From positions 42,222,001-42,286,000 of the forward strand of contig OZ320317.1 in the NCBI GenBank assembly GCA_976226885.1: a stretch of 64,000 nucleotides of DNA. Reading direction: 5' to 3'. The first letter of the stretch is position 1; each line of letters starts with the position of its first letter. This document shows, piece after piece, positions 26,801-39,546 of the stretch. This stretch comes from Iphione sp. A-MEVVRFRX5. Taxonomy: Eukaryota. Made by a program: the position numbers and the translations under genes. The notes under the pieces were generated by a model, which had not been told where the DNA came from, did not search any database, and worked only from the letters and a program-made list of their open reading frames with translations.

Positions 26801-29000
26801 CTTTTCTTATAATGTGTTCTTCCTGGTAAATATTTTCTGTCAGGTACAGTTATGGTGCAGTGGCCTTTTTGGCTACCTGTCTTTTTCGGATTTTGCTATG
26901 TCTCCTCCATTTTACTGCCCATTCTGTTTTTTTCTTTATTTTGTGTGTCTAATCAAATTCAAGTTACCCTGTATACTTATTCTATTGGCTATGTGGTTTT
27001 TCTCTACATGTTCTTCAATCTTTCTTGTACTAGTGTATGATCACTGTATTCTTGTCCTGTGTTACGCCACTTTTTTTGTTTTACCTGCCTCATTCACCCT
27101 TAACTGAACAACTTGTCATCTCTTTGTCCTTTGGACTATCGGTCAGATTGTATTCTTGTCCAGTATTGTGTCTGTTTTGTAGTCACCTATCAGTTTGATT
27201 TATTGAGCTAGCTATTTCTTAATTTGCCAGTCCCTAGACCTTCGTTTTTTTCCTTTTTTTAAAATGTACCTCTTTTATTTGTTCTAAGTTGTACATTTCT
27301 TGTTTTGCTTGCCCGTCTGAGTCTCTGTCCATTTGATTGGTTTACTTGTATTATTTGTCTCCTAGTTACATGTCCTTGGTGTATCTTTTCATTTTACCTA
27401 CATTACTTTATGATTCAGTCTGATTGCCTTCAAGTAATTGTTCCCTTGCTCCTATCTGTCTTCCAAGTAGATTCTTTCTTCAAGATTAAATATCATTCGG
27501 TCTTATAGTCGCCAAGGTAAATTGGTTGCTATACCCTCTCCTTTTTTATTGGTAATTTCCCTTTTGTCTTTTTATCTGTTATTCACTTATCGTCGTCTCA
27601 GTTTTGTATGTGCCTGTTTCTGTATTTCTCCTTGATATAATCATATGCGTTTATCTCTGCTTTAGTATGTCCTTTCTCCCTTAAGTACCTCTGTCCAACT
27701 ATCGGTTTAATATCCGTCTGCCATTGTAGACATGTTTCGTTATCTTTCACTTTATTCTTCCTTCAACTGTACCCCATTTTCTAAGTATCTAGCTTCTCTT
27801 GTCTGTCTTATGCCTATGCCTATTTCTCCTTTTATCTACATGTTCCTCTGTCATTCATAAGCACAGCCTTTCCTTCTTGGATTGCTTCTTCAATAAACGC
27901 ATTCTGCCTCAATGTCTTGGTCTGTTCTTCTCTCTGATTGTTACTATCTACAGTCGAATGCCGATTTGCAACCATATCAATTAGCAACCCAAACCTGAAA
28001 TATGATAATTTGAGCCTGGAACCAAAATTATTTGCCTCTGTTAAGTCTTATATTACTATACCAATTTGCGATCAAATCAATTTGTGACCAATCCTCCCTG
28101 TGACTCTCCACTCTACAGTTGTTTCTATTCTATTTTCATATCAATTTGTGGGCAGTAGTGTTAGAAGTCCTGTGATTTATATCCTAGGGTCACGCAACCA
28201 TCAAAAGAGGGTGCACAGAGGTGTGAGAAAACCTTGAAATGCCCTGGAACCATCCGCTCTAGGGTCATTGCTATCTTTTAATATCGATTTGTAACCATAG
28301 GTGCGAGAATTCACTGCTTTTTTTCTACTTTTTTCATGAAATTTGCCACTCGTCAGAATTTCACTTCTCAAATTCACTGATCAAATTTGGTACTTTTTAG
28401 GACTTTTAGTTGTCAATTCATTGCTTGTAGGACTTCTCCTCATCAAAAGTTGCCACTTTCAGGACTTTTACACATCAAAATCACTATAAATGATTCCATG
28501 ATCAGCTTCATAACGCATGTCTGTGTTACTTAGGTTCACTGAGAATAGGATCATATCAATTTGCGACCAATATTGCTAATGTGACCACTTGAGCTTTGAA
28601 CAAGGGTGGTCGCAAATCGGCATTTGGCGGTATGTGTCTGTCCGTTTGTTCTTTATTTCGTCTTTGAAAGTATTTCTCTCTGATTTTGTGTCACTTTCAA
28701 TGACACTTTCCCTTTACGATCAGTCCTGTCTACCCTCTGTTTGATTGTCAAGCAGTCATTGTATATACTCTCATGTTTAATGTCCCAACTTTCTGTTACT
28801 AGTTCTTCTTGTCTATTGGTCCAACTGTCTCTTCCTGTGCACATAGTTATCCGTGTCTCTTCTATATTCTGTCTCCACTCTATCCCCATCTATATATGCC
28901 TCTTAAGTTTTGTGTTAAGTGTTTCTGGCCTTTAGTCTATTTATCATACAGCGTTTCTGACTATATAACTTCTACTATATCTGGTCTCACTTAAATGCTG
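23900..29000. repeat. T/C-skewed low-complexity DNA rich in TGTC/TCTGTC
   Basis: Plus strand visibly T- and C-rich and purine-poor. Nearly all ORF-track entries here are plus-strand Leu/Phe/Ser/Cys/Val strings, a compositional artefact. Confidence 0.7.
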
Positions 29001-31106
29001 ATATTTATTTGCTGTATCTTGTCGTCTACACTCTTAATATCTGTTCATCATGTATCACTAAACGTTCGTCTTCTGAACATTGTATATGCCAGATGACCTA
29101 AACATTTCTTTTGGCTGAGCATTAGATATGTCAGATGACAAAATTTTCTTTTGGCACTATCTTGGGTTTCAGTTTGTAATTCATGTATCTTTATACGTTT
29201 TGAAGGGTCATATGCTCACTTAAAATGTCGATACTTTTTGTACTAAACGGTATTGATTCTTTAGTAACACTCTTATTTTGATTAAACCTGCTATGCCTGA
29301 AATGTATTGTTAATGCGAACATGATGAAACTATTGTGTTTCGTGTCACACCGATGAAGAGTAAGGGGGTGGCTTTTATAAACATGAAAGAATGTCAGGCA
29401 AGTTCAAGTGATTCTTGGCTATAATTAATTTAAGGTACATCGCATCATTCTTATGCCAACATATTTTGTTTCACACCTATCATCTCACTTAATAGCCTTG
29501 CCTTTGAATAAAACCCCTCCAGTTCAAATAGACTGTTCCCGTAGTCTCTCTGATCTATTTGATACAGTTTGATGTAGGTTTTAATTTGCTGTCTTATTTA
29601 TTCATCGGATCTTACTTAGTTTCACGCAACCTTTTGAACAGTGAAGCTCTACTCGTTTCGCTTCCCGCAAATCTCCCCGAGTATGCCTGTTATGACAAGT
29701 TCCCTTTCCCTTAACTATTTAAATAGCATCATCCGAAAGCATAATTTGTCCAAGTCAGAAATCATAATCAAATCTCAAAATAAGTGTTTAAGTCTGTCTG
29801 AAAAAATGACAATAAAGTTTCTTTCGTTCAAGTATAACTTAAGAGGTATTGTCCTTGTCGAATGAAACAAATGATTGTTATATAATCATAATAAAAACGT
29901 TAGTCCCAAGGTCAGTGTCCAGTTCATTGACGTCCACTTCTGTCCTGGTCTCAGTTCTTCTTATGTTGATTTTCAGTTCAACCCAGTGCCTTCAGGTCCA
30001 TCTGGGTCCTTGTGCTATTAGTCCAGCTGGGGTTTCTTCAGTCATTCTTCAGGCTTGCGGTCAGAAACTTCTCTACCTGTGCCCGTTTGTGTGGTGGCGG
30101 TGCATTGAAAGGGAAACTGAGAGAGGAAAATGTGTTGACAGTTGTGGCCATGCTGTGTTGTATATATTGATTCTTCGTAATTCCTAAATACCTTTGCAGA
30201 AAATAGAGTTTCATTGGCTCCGGATTTTCATCACTAGATCCTTATTTAGAGTACTTTATTTTATTCCCTTATGTTGGGATAACTGCTGCTGTTACTTTCA
30301 CCGGCAATGTTTTTGTAAAATCACATCAAAATTTAGACTATTTAGTGGGAATGTGATCTTAGTTATTGAATTCTCTTCATTCTACCGTAGTTAAGTGTCC
30401 TCAACGCTATAACTGGGACCATTGTTAAAGACCGAAAATGTCATAGTATTAGGTTCTCACGGAAAGGACGGTTTCCGAAGTTCTTTTAAGCACCTGGTCT
30501 AGGACGGTGGTTTTGTGCCTGCCCAAATCCAAGGGAGAGGATCCTAATGTATTACACCTATTTAACCCTGCACATGAAAGGCCAGAACCATCTCAGGAGA
30601 CACAGAGGACTCGTATCAAAGCTAAGGTTAAGAGAGGCATCCCCTCCCAGAATTTGCCTCCCCAGGGACAAACCCCGCCCGACCGTTGCCTGCCTGCCTC
30701 TGCTACTAGCCTGTGAACTCGGTTTTCTTTGCTTAGTCACGATTGTTGTAAAGTCTCTGGTGAATGTGAGCAATAAATGCGCTAATGGCACACTACGGCA
30801 AGACGAGGAGGAATGTGGAGAGAGAATGGCCTATTTATGGGGGTGGGGGAGAATTAGATTCAAGTAACCGGAGAAAAGGACGGAGCCTGCGTATACATTT
30901 ATAAGGATGTGGCTGTAAGGTGGCACACGTTATTCCGCTAGAACCCACACATGGCCTTTACACGCCAGGTAAAAGAATACTGTCCTTGATGAAAAATTCA
31001 CCTCTATGGGACGCCAAGAGTCGCATAGCATGCGGTTCAGGGAATACGTCAGAGGTGAAATCAGTTTCACGGGTTCTTGGCCTTCAGGACTGACGAAAAA
31101 CCTCAC

Positions 31107-31128
31107 CTTGAAGATCAAAAGTCTTCCC
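31107..31128 (-). other. Candidate 22-nt micro-exon
   Basis: Strong acceptor cgttttcttttgccctccag and donor AAG|GTGAGG around GGGAAGACTTTTGATCTTCAAG; parent gene unknown. Confidence 0.3.
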
Positions 31129-33253
31129 CTGGAGGGCAAAAGAAAACGCTGGGATCTTAGGACCCTATGGCACTGTGAGGCGCCAGACGCGTGAACTAAT
31201 ACCCTGGGAGATGTTCTCTCTAGCGCCAAACATCGTCAGGTTACATGGCTCTCAGAAGAGACAGGGGGCAATACCTGCAATGGCGCCGTCTAGTGTTTAC
31301 CGGTTGAAGCACTACCATTGACAGTTCTACCTCTGACTTGCTAGGCAATATAAATGGATAATTTAGAAATATTTATAGCATGTTATGTAAAGACAGTTTC
31401 TAGTGTTTTTTATCTTGAAGAAAACGCACAATATATCAACAAGCCATTATGTTAAATGATCAATGCCGTTAAGACGTTGCCAAACTGACGGATAATTCAG
31501 TTGCCAGATTTGGACAAGACGGACTATAAGTCTAAAGGGGTTCCGTTTTAATTTCTAATTAGATAGTCGGCTGTGTCTTTCACATGCCAAGACCGCCACG
31601 CCCTCGTCATAACGACTCGAGTTGAGAGGAGGACGAGCTCGGTGGATCACTTTCATAGTGCAGGTTGCCAAGGCTACGCAGACCTTTAATCTAAGGAATG
31701 GCGAGGGGAGGGATATTTCAAGGCGGCCGTATGGTATGGACCATAGGTTTCAGCCCTGCCAAGAAAACGTACCCAGTAAATGCTAGGTAAGGTGGGTAAG
31801 ATATGAAAAAGTGGGTTGGGGGGAGCTTGCCATAAATGTAGCGTTTTCTTTGCAGATACAATAGTCTTTATTAACAATTACCTTGATAAATGGTTAACAG
31901 GTTTCGTTGGCAATAGTTTTTCTAGTGCATCAGAGAGGTTGTATAGGGTTCAACATTAGGGATATTTTATAATCTGGTCCACACCTAAGAATGTTTTCCA
32001 TGAAAATATATCTGCGATTTGCGAAGTTTTGATATACATGTACTAACTACATGTATATAGTCTTCTTACCTCTAAATACTTGGTTCTATATTGGTGAATC
32101 TGATATTTTTTTCGCAATCTTGCTTTGGTGTATACTAGGCCCGAAGTTTGAATTAAATACAAAATTGTAAGTGTGATTGTGTCTGTGTGTTACGTAAGTA
32201 GTTTTCTATCAATATAAGCAAAGACCAATGGTTCGTACAGAGGAAGCTGATAGAATTAGTCATATAAACATTTGCAGGTTAAAGAAAGCACCATGCCCTT
32301 GAAAGCTGCCAGTCTGCCCAAGAATTATGTAACGGAATGATAACTGAAACAAAGTTGACTACGACGCTAAATTCATTACAAGTAAACTGCAATACAAGCG
32401 TTCTCATGAAGGCACGTCATATAACTGTCTTTTAAAACATAGAAAGTTACAAGTTCCCCCTGGGAATTGTCTGGTTCCAACTTAAACTTCTGGACACGAC
32501 CATAAAAAGATTCGGATCTCAGATGGAGCCTCCATTTAACGATATCCAGCAGGTATTTTCAACAGCGGCCAAAATGTCACTGACCACCTTCGAACGTCAT
32601 CTTGGTTTCTCTTAAAAGGACAAGCTGTTTTTATTATGCTTGTAAAAAAGAACTCTTCACCGTTGACCATTACCTTTAAACCTAAGCAATGTATAATTAG
32701 CAGTTCATTATGATATCTATAGCTTCTGGCCAACCCTAAAAGGTCTCCCTGTGCGTCATTCCTGAGGTCGACGCGACTGGCGCGCCACCTGGAGGTTCGT
32801 AATTAAAGCTTTCTTTTAAAAAAACACAGTACCTCTACCTAGCGAAATAAACAAGAACTAATCTCAAAATTGCACACTTTGGTTTCCAAGGACATGTGGA
32901 CATTGCAACAGCCCGTAAATTCCTTTTGTTGCGAAAGGAAAAGTTAAATTTATATACTCACGGATATTTAAGGAGTTCTCAATTAAAACGGGAGTCAGAA
33001 ATTACTGAACATTGGTCTTGACTTTATTTGATCACTTTCAACTTGTACAGTTCATTGGATTTATTGCTTTGTTTTGATAATTCGAAATTTGAATTGAATC
33101 TACTCTTTACAGTTAGTTTGAAATTATAAATCTTGTTTTTACTTTAAACCTTTCAGTTGTTGTCGTCATGGATAATTTGTTAGGATACATCTCGGAAAAG
33201 TACATTTCCGAATCATTTTCTTCTTTTTCTTCGTTCGTCGAGAGATGCGCTTG

Positions 33254-35163
33254 TGACGTCAGTTCAAATATATTTCTGTACATAAACCGAATAAAGCTGC
33301 TATAAATCGAACAGTCAGCCGTCAGAATGATCAAAAACCTCAGCTAGTCAGACAAATTAGAGAGTCATTAACCCAAACCATGTGTCTCTGTCGGTCGGTC
33401 GGCAAGCTGAAAGATAAGTCTGAAAAGTATAAAACAAGGTTAGGCATTGGAAGTTGTCAGATTAGGCCTGTTAGCCGAAGCTGCGGCCTACTGATTAGAC
33501 TAATTGGAGTTGTTGACGGCCTCCCCGGGCCCCAAGAATCCCTTAGTATCACAGAGCAGGTTTTAGTCTAGGCAAGCCAGTGACGACCTTCAGCCCAGTG
33601 TTTTACCCGAGAGGAAGACTGCTTTGCTAACTGCCTAACTTCTGTAGGGAGTGTGTTTTGGGTTCGGTTGACGTCAAATAGTTATTAAAGGACAGGCGAT
33701 CACCGAGCAGGGCTTATCTAGGGTGGCGACCTCGAAGAGTGAAGAAAAGGGACAACCGGAAGTAGTCATTATGCCATCTGTCGGCAGTTTCCCGGCCCAA
33801 GGTTATGGCGGACGTAGGTTGGGGGAATAGCAAATAAACGGGCATTGTGTATGGTTAGATTTAAGTGAAGGAAACAATACCTAGTCCATTGTTAATATTT
33901 ACTCCTCGCGGTCTGATATTAATTCATGAAAGAATGTTTTGTCGGCGTCTTGCACTGGACGTAACGCTTATGGTGATTTCATGTAATACATTCAGAATAT
34001 ATTTCTTAAAGGAAGAATTACTGAGTGTCTCTATGACGTGAAAGCTTATACCCGTGAAGGCTATTGACATGTACTTCTTAATTCAAAAGGTATGGGTATT
34101 AGACGTGGACCAAACAATCTTCTTGCATGTGACACTCATCATTCAGCCTGCAATTACTGTCATAACTAAATAACCTCCATAATAACTGTCCACGAATGGA
34201 CGTTGCAGAGAGACCCATATCACCTGCACGAATGATTAACAATGGACGCTGTTGAGGGCCCCTCCAAACAGGAAGCACCCCTTTTACTAATGGTTTCCGT
34301 TATCAGCTCTCATCTATTTTCAGCCCCGAATGACGTCAACAGACCCTATAAGGTCATTATTTCCTGGCCTAATCCCTCGGATGCTCCGACGAGGAATCCC
34401 CTTTGCTGCGAACAGTAATTATCTTGAAATGTTTTTTTCCATTGAAAAAAGACAGTTTTTGCGTTTTGATATCTTTTCCCCTATCAAATGCCTTTTTACG
34501 TTTACTTATAATTACTTATCTGATCGAACGTAATGAAGAAATATTTATCCTAAATATTTTCTATAATCTATCTGATCTAATTTAAACAAGCTTAGTTTTG
34601 AATAACGATTATTTAAAGTTATTCCTCCTACATACTTTCCTACCTGAAGGCCTATTGGTCCTGGCTATTTACGAAGCCATTAGGAGCCTTTCATTTGGCA
34701 GAACACCATTCCACTTTATACAGGTATATGGCTTCACCTGGAACCCTTACAAGCGTATAACTCCCTCCCACCTATGTTATTATCCACTGACGTCACACCC
34801 AAGGTATGAAAAGAGCCCTTTTAGATGATTACCCGCATCTGTCTTTGAAAAGCTTTACCTTTTAAATCTCCATCGCACATGGCGGATGTGCCCCCTGGCT
34901 CAACTGCTGGTTATCTTTGTCAACACCAGGGACGCTCGGAGATGGGCCTGGATGACGTTTGCATACTGTGGCAACCACTAAGGCGCTTCTTTGAACTGAC
35001 TCCAAAGGCGTTTTAATACTTCACTGGCGATAAATCTCAGCTTTTAAAAGAGGGAAGAGGCGTAGACTGTTGGGTTCCTATGAGGTAATTTACAGCTGGG
35101 AGCAGGAGAGCCCGGGGAAAACCTTCACTAAGACTCCAATGACGTCATGGTAGCCATAGCAAC
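33254..35163. promoter_or_regulatory. Homotypic CRE (TGACGTCA) cluster with adjacent RFX X-box
   Basis: Perfect TGACGTCA at 33254, 33669, 34331, 34788, 35140. GTAGCCATAGCAAC (X-box-like) at 35150-35163, 2 nt from the last CRE. Confidence 0.55.
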
Positions 35164-38100
35164 GAAAACGTTCCCTAATGGATAGGGTTTCGTCAACTGT
35201 CAGAACGTCAACGCTTAACAGTCACAACGTCCCACTTGGCAGTCATTAGTACTTGCAAAACAGTCCTAAAACGAGAAACCCCTATTTTGTGTTTAAGGTC
35301 GCGGTTTATATTTCTTATCCAAGGTAAACATCTCATTGCGAGAAGAATAGAGTAATGAATGACAGCTACTCTCTTTGATATGGCATGACCTAGTATCACC
35401 TGCCTGTCCGTATTTGACCCTTTACTCTGTATGTAAGAGTGCATTGTTTTAAGCCTGTGTTTTTCACCGCATAATTATGTGTCACAACAGAGGAAATAGA
35501 CCTACTTACAGTTGGTGACGATGGAAAATGGATAGGTCTCCACCGACAAACACATGTCCAGGCTCCTAACGCGTACACACCAACACAAATACCCATTCTC
35601 GTAATGAAGCGACAACCATTTATCCGCATCGATAGGTCATGGGGTCAGGATTTGGGGGGACGAGGACAGGAGGGCATCAAAAAGAACCATACTTACAGAA
35701 GCAATACATAGGTACGCGGGGTATTGGATCAGTCCCCCATCTATGGCAACCGTTAGTGAGTTATCTTAGGCAGATGTACTACAAGATGATGCTTTAACTT
35801 GTTAAGAACTGAAACGTCAAACGTTAGAATTAGAATTAAATATGATTGCTCTCTAGAGGGAATGATCCAAACCCTCCCACCCGCGTTCCCCCGGTACCCA
35901 CCACCACAGCAACATATCAACACCTGCAACTGAACCAAATGGTTGCAATGTAATACAAATCAAAATCAAATAAATCAAAAAGAATTGAAACAATCAGGTG
36001 GATTTAGAAAAATAAAAATAAATAACTGTAACATAATCGAAATTGTTTTAGCTTGCTGAATATCATAAGAAGCTATTAGCCCGACGTTTTTGTACAAGGA
36101 AATTTGTTAATTGAATCGACAACGTCCTATGAAAGAAGCATGCAAATCAGAAGGAGGTCAGTCAGCCATAATGCTCATGCAAAATTAAATACGTACGTAC
36201 GATGCAATTCAATGTCAACTTCAATGAAATTTGAGGACAAGCATTAGAAAGCAATACTATAGAAATCAAAAATGCTTTAGGATTTGCTCCAGAGGACATT
36301 GTGCAGGACACATCTAAGTTTTTCCATAAAGTGTGTTCGGGGAGAGAGGCAAAGCAGACAGCCTAAGATGGCGGCGGCTCAAGATCTGATGTGAATAAAC
36401 GAGGAGGGAGAGAAGCCCGCAGAAAGCAAGTGCTATTAATCGGACAGCAGCCGACCACCTTCAGACCAGCCTCCAGCCATTGTCCCTGCCGTCCGAGGCC
36501 GTCCTATTTACTGTCAAGACTTCCTCGGCGTCATCTCAAGTTAACGGTGAGGAAATCAACTCCCTGCTCATCTTCCTCCCATCAGCAGTAAAGTAGGTAG
36601 CCACCCCGTTCCTCCCTCCCACCTGAGCGTCCCGCCCTGGAGGAGTCAGGTGTTGTCTCCAGGTGAGCCCAGGACGCTCATAGTTGACCATATTTGGTCG
36701 TCTTTGGCGAGGGTTCCCTTAGTTCTGCTTCACGCCGCCGATGTTTAGTCTGGCGCGGCATATGCAGAGGGCGACAGTATGCGGAGACATGGGAGCTGGA
36801 TGAGGGAAATCAGCACCAGACGCACCTTCTCTTCTGATCGCGTGTGCCCATCGGTCCCCATAGCAGCTGTACATCAACAGCCGATCATCAGCAGCTGTCT
36901 CCAAGGGGAAGTGAGGACATTAGGGACGGTTACAATACCTCCCCCCTCTTTCCATCCAGCACCATGTTGTGTCGTGGCCGTGATGTTCAGTTTGCGTGTT
37001 CCTTTGAGGACAAAGCCATTCAGTTCCCTCCCCTTCTCTCTTTCCAGCGACAGCTTTTCTTCATGGTCATCACGGCTCGTAAAAGAGTCTAACAACCATC
37101 ACAGCAATGGTAAAACTTCGGGAAATAATATATAATACCCAATGCACATTTCAGGTGCAAACTGACAGTAACACAAAACGGTCTTTGGGACATTTGCAGG
37201 AAGCATACAGCGGGAGTATCTTAGGTTTGGTAAAGAACCAAGAATACTCAGCTAGAGGAGCGGCAAGGAGTTTTATGAAAGTAATTCCTGCAAGTCCTAG
37301 GTTTTGATCACACGTTATGATCGGGCCACAAACTACGTACAATAAGCCCATTGGACGTGTCCTAATAAAACCTAATATTCTCGTCATGAAACTTTCAGAT
37401 CATGTCCGCCACAAGGATGAGGCACGAGACAAGACTGATCCCTGCTGAATAAAGCAAACCATCACCGGTTGGATATAATCTCAAGGCTCAGAGTAGAAGT
37501 ATGTGCAAAGCTTCGCCGCTAACTCAAGGTAATGACCAGAGGTTACACTAAAGAAGGTGTGAGGAGATTAGGGTTTCGCGTGTTATACTGCTCTACGCCG
37601 GCCCTAAGGCACGCTGCCCTGGTGTGAGTTAGGAGGTGGAGGGTGAAAGGATGTAAGGAGAACAGGCAGTTTTTAGAGACGAAGCTGTAGACAGAATCAC
37701 ATTCCCTAATGTACTCTGATAACCACTGTGTCATATGGCGACAAATTCTAACACATGCTTGTTTGAGTACATGACGGATCCATTTGAACTCAATAGCGAA
37801 ATATTTCCGCGACCCATCTTGCAAATATATTTTACAACTAATCATTTTTTGTATATTCATACAAAAAGGTAACTGTTGCAAGCCAGTCACATGTTCATAA
37901 ATGCAGTGCGGGTGGTATATGCATGCTCTGAAATTAATTGTACATCTTTCATCAATGAATCACTAACAAAAACGGGAGAGTACCCCGTTTTTGTCATGAT
38001 TTCAAGGGTGAGTATTTCTATCCCATATCAGCTGACCATGCGCAAGTAAAGAAGCACAATGAGCGATAGAACCAGAGTGTAATACCCACTATCATCAACC

Positions 38101-38650
38101 TATGTTTTCTAAGGTCTATAACCAGTTTTTCTACCTTACCTGACTGCATCGGTTACGCTATTCTGGATTGACCTGATAGGCCTGTTCCGGAAGTGTATAC
38201 AAGCTTTGTATGGATCAAGAAATACACTATTATTTGGATCTAGGATAGGACAGAGGTAAACGAGCATTTCCTACCTGTCTCGACGTCTAGTTCACAAAGG
38301 TGCCGGTAGGTATCGCGACGGTTCAGCAAACACGCCGGTCCTTGAGCATTATATTATAAGAGGGACGGGCAACTCCTGCAAGGTAATACTTTTCTTTACT
38401 CATCATGTCTTTTTTCTATAATTCCTGAAAGCCAACGGTTTTTTTACACTTCATGTCTTTATTTATAAAATGATGTGTTATCTTATTATTAACATTCACC
38501 CCTAACATATGTGTAGTTCACGCGTAGCAGATTAAAAAAATGCATTAATACTGTCTATGGTATACATGTACATAGCACTATCTGACAGGTTTGTTTTAGT
38601 AGTACATATCAAAATAAAAACTGTATAAAGGACATCAAATCAATGCTTAC

Positions 38651-38703
38651 CCAGAGTCTTGAGCATACTTAACAAGCTACATGTGGCATGTTTACATCGT
38701 CGG
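38651..38703 (-). other. Candidate 53-nt exon (likely 5' UTR or non-coding) next to the promoter-like block
   Basis: Acceptor ttgtttttattgcctgaaattgcctttcag, donor TGG|GTAAGC. Similar weaker exon-like segments at 38275-38375 and about 38140-38181. Confidence 0.35.
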
Positions 38704-38979
38704 CTGAAAGGCAATTTCAGGCAATAAAAACAACAGCACTAGGGACAATAACAACGGGAAGCAATACACTGATCCAAGGTTGATTGGGAGGGATCATCAG
38801 TTTAATGGGGAAGGCAAGGTTGCCCGTTCTTGGATCATTCATAAATCACCGTTGGGATCATAGCTACTGGCGTAAACAGGTGAATGGAATGGATATAGGT
38901 AAGTGAGGTTGTAGGGAGCTGTGGGGAGGCACGCGTGGAAACACCTTGAGGGCGGGAACGAGCCGCCTCGAGTCAATGG

Positions 38980-39450
38980 TGAGCCAATATGACCATATAT
39001 GGTGAGCGGAATACAGCTGCCGTATATGGTCATCACTTCCGTCGCCATCTGGTGACAGGGCAGACAGGTAAAAACGAGGTAGAAAATGACGGCGTGAGAT
39101 GGATGTAATTGGCTCGCTCTGAGAGGGGCGGGGGTGCTAAGGGTGGATGGGAGGGAGAGGGTGCGGCGGCGCTGGAGGACCTGATGGCGGCAGGTCCGGG
39201 CGGCAGGTTCATTGGAATGGGAAGGAACCCAACAGCCAGCAGTGTCGCGTTCATCTGCCACAACTGTCGCCTACATACGTAGGACCCCCTCCCACCGGAG
39301 AAGTCCGTCTCCCACCTATACCTCCCAGCCACCTACCTACACCTGGGGAAGGGACTCCTCCTTCCGCCGCCTATGACGTGAGAGAAATGCTGGTCCATGA
39401 TTGGCCGAGCCGTATCCGTGTGGAGGCTATTTCTGGCCTACTTCCGGTGA
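38980..39450. promoter_or_regulatory. TATA-less CpG-rich promoter-like block
   Basis: CCAAT/ATTGG at 38984, 39108, 39211, 39400; GC box GGGGCGGGG 39125-39133; ETS CACTTCCG 39034 and ACTTCCGG 39440; YY1-like GCCATCT 39044 and GATGGCGG 39183. Confidence 0.55.
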
Positions 39451-39510
39451 CATTTGACTCGGAAGACAGCCCGAAAATAGCTCGTCGTCGGCAATGGCGG
39501 AGGAGGGAGA

Positions 39511-39546
39511 GGAGGAGGAGGAGGAGGAGGAGGAGGAGGAGGAGGA
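39511..39546. repeat. (GGA)12 microsatellite
   Basis: Uninterrupted GGA run. Confidence 0.95.

Noticed and set aside
27958-28630. Repeated TTGCGACC/TGGTCGCAA words suggesting a hAT-type MITE
   Set aside because: No matching TIR pair or target-site duplication found.
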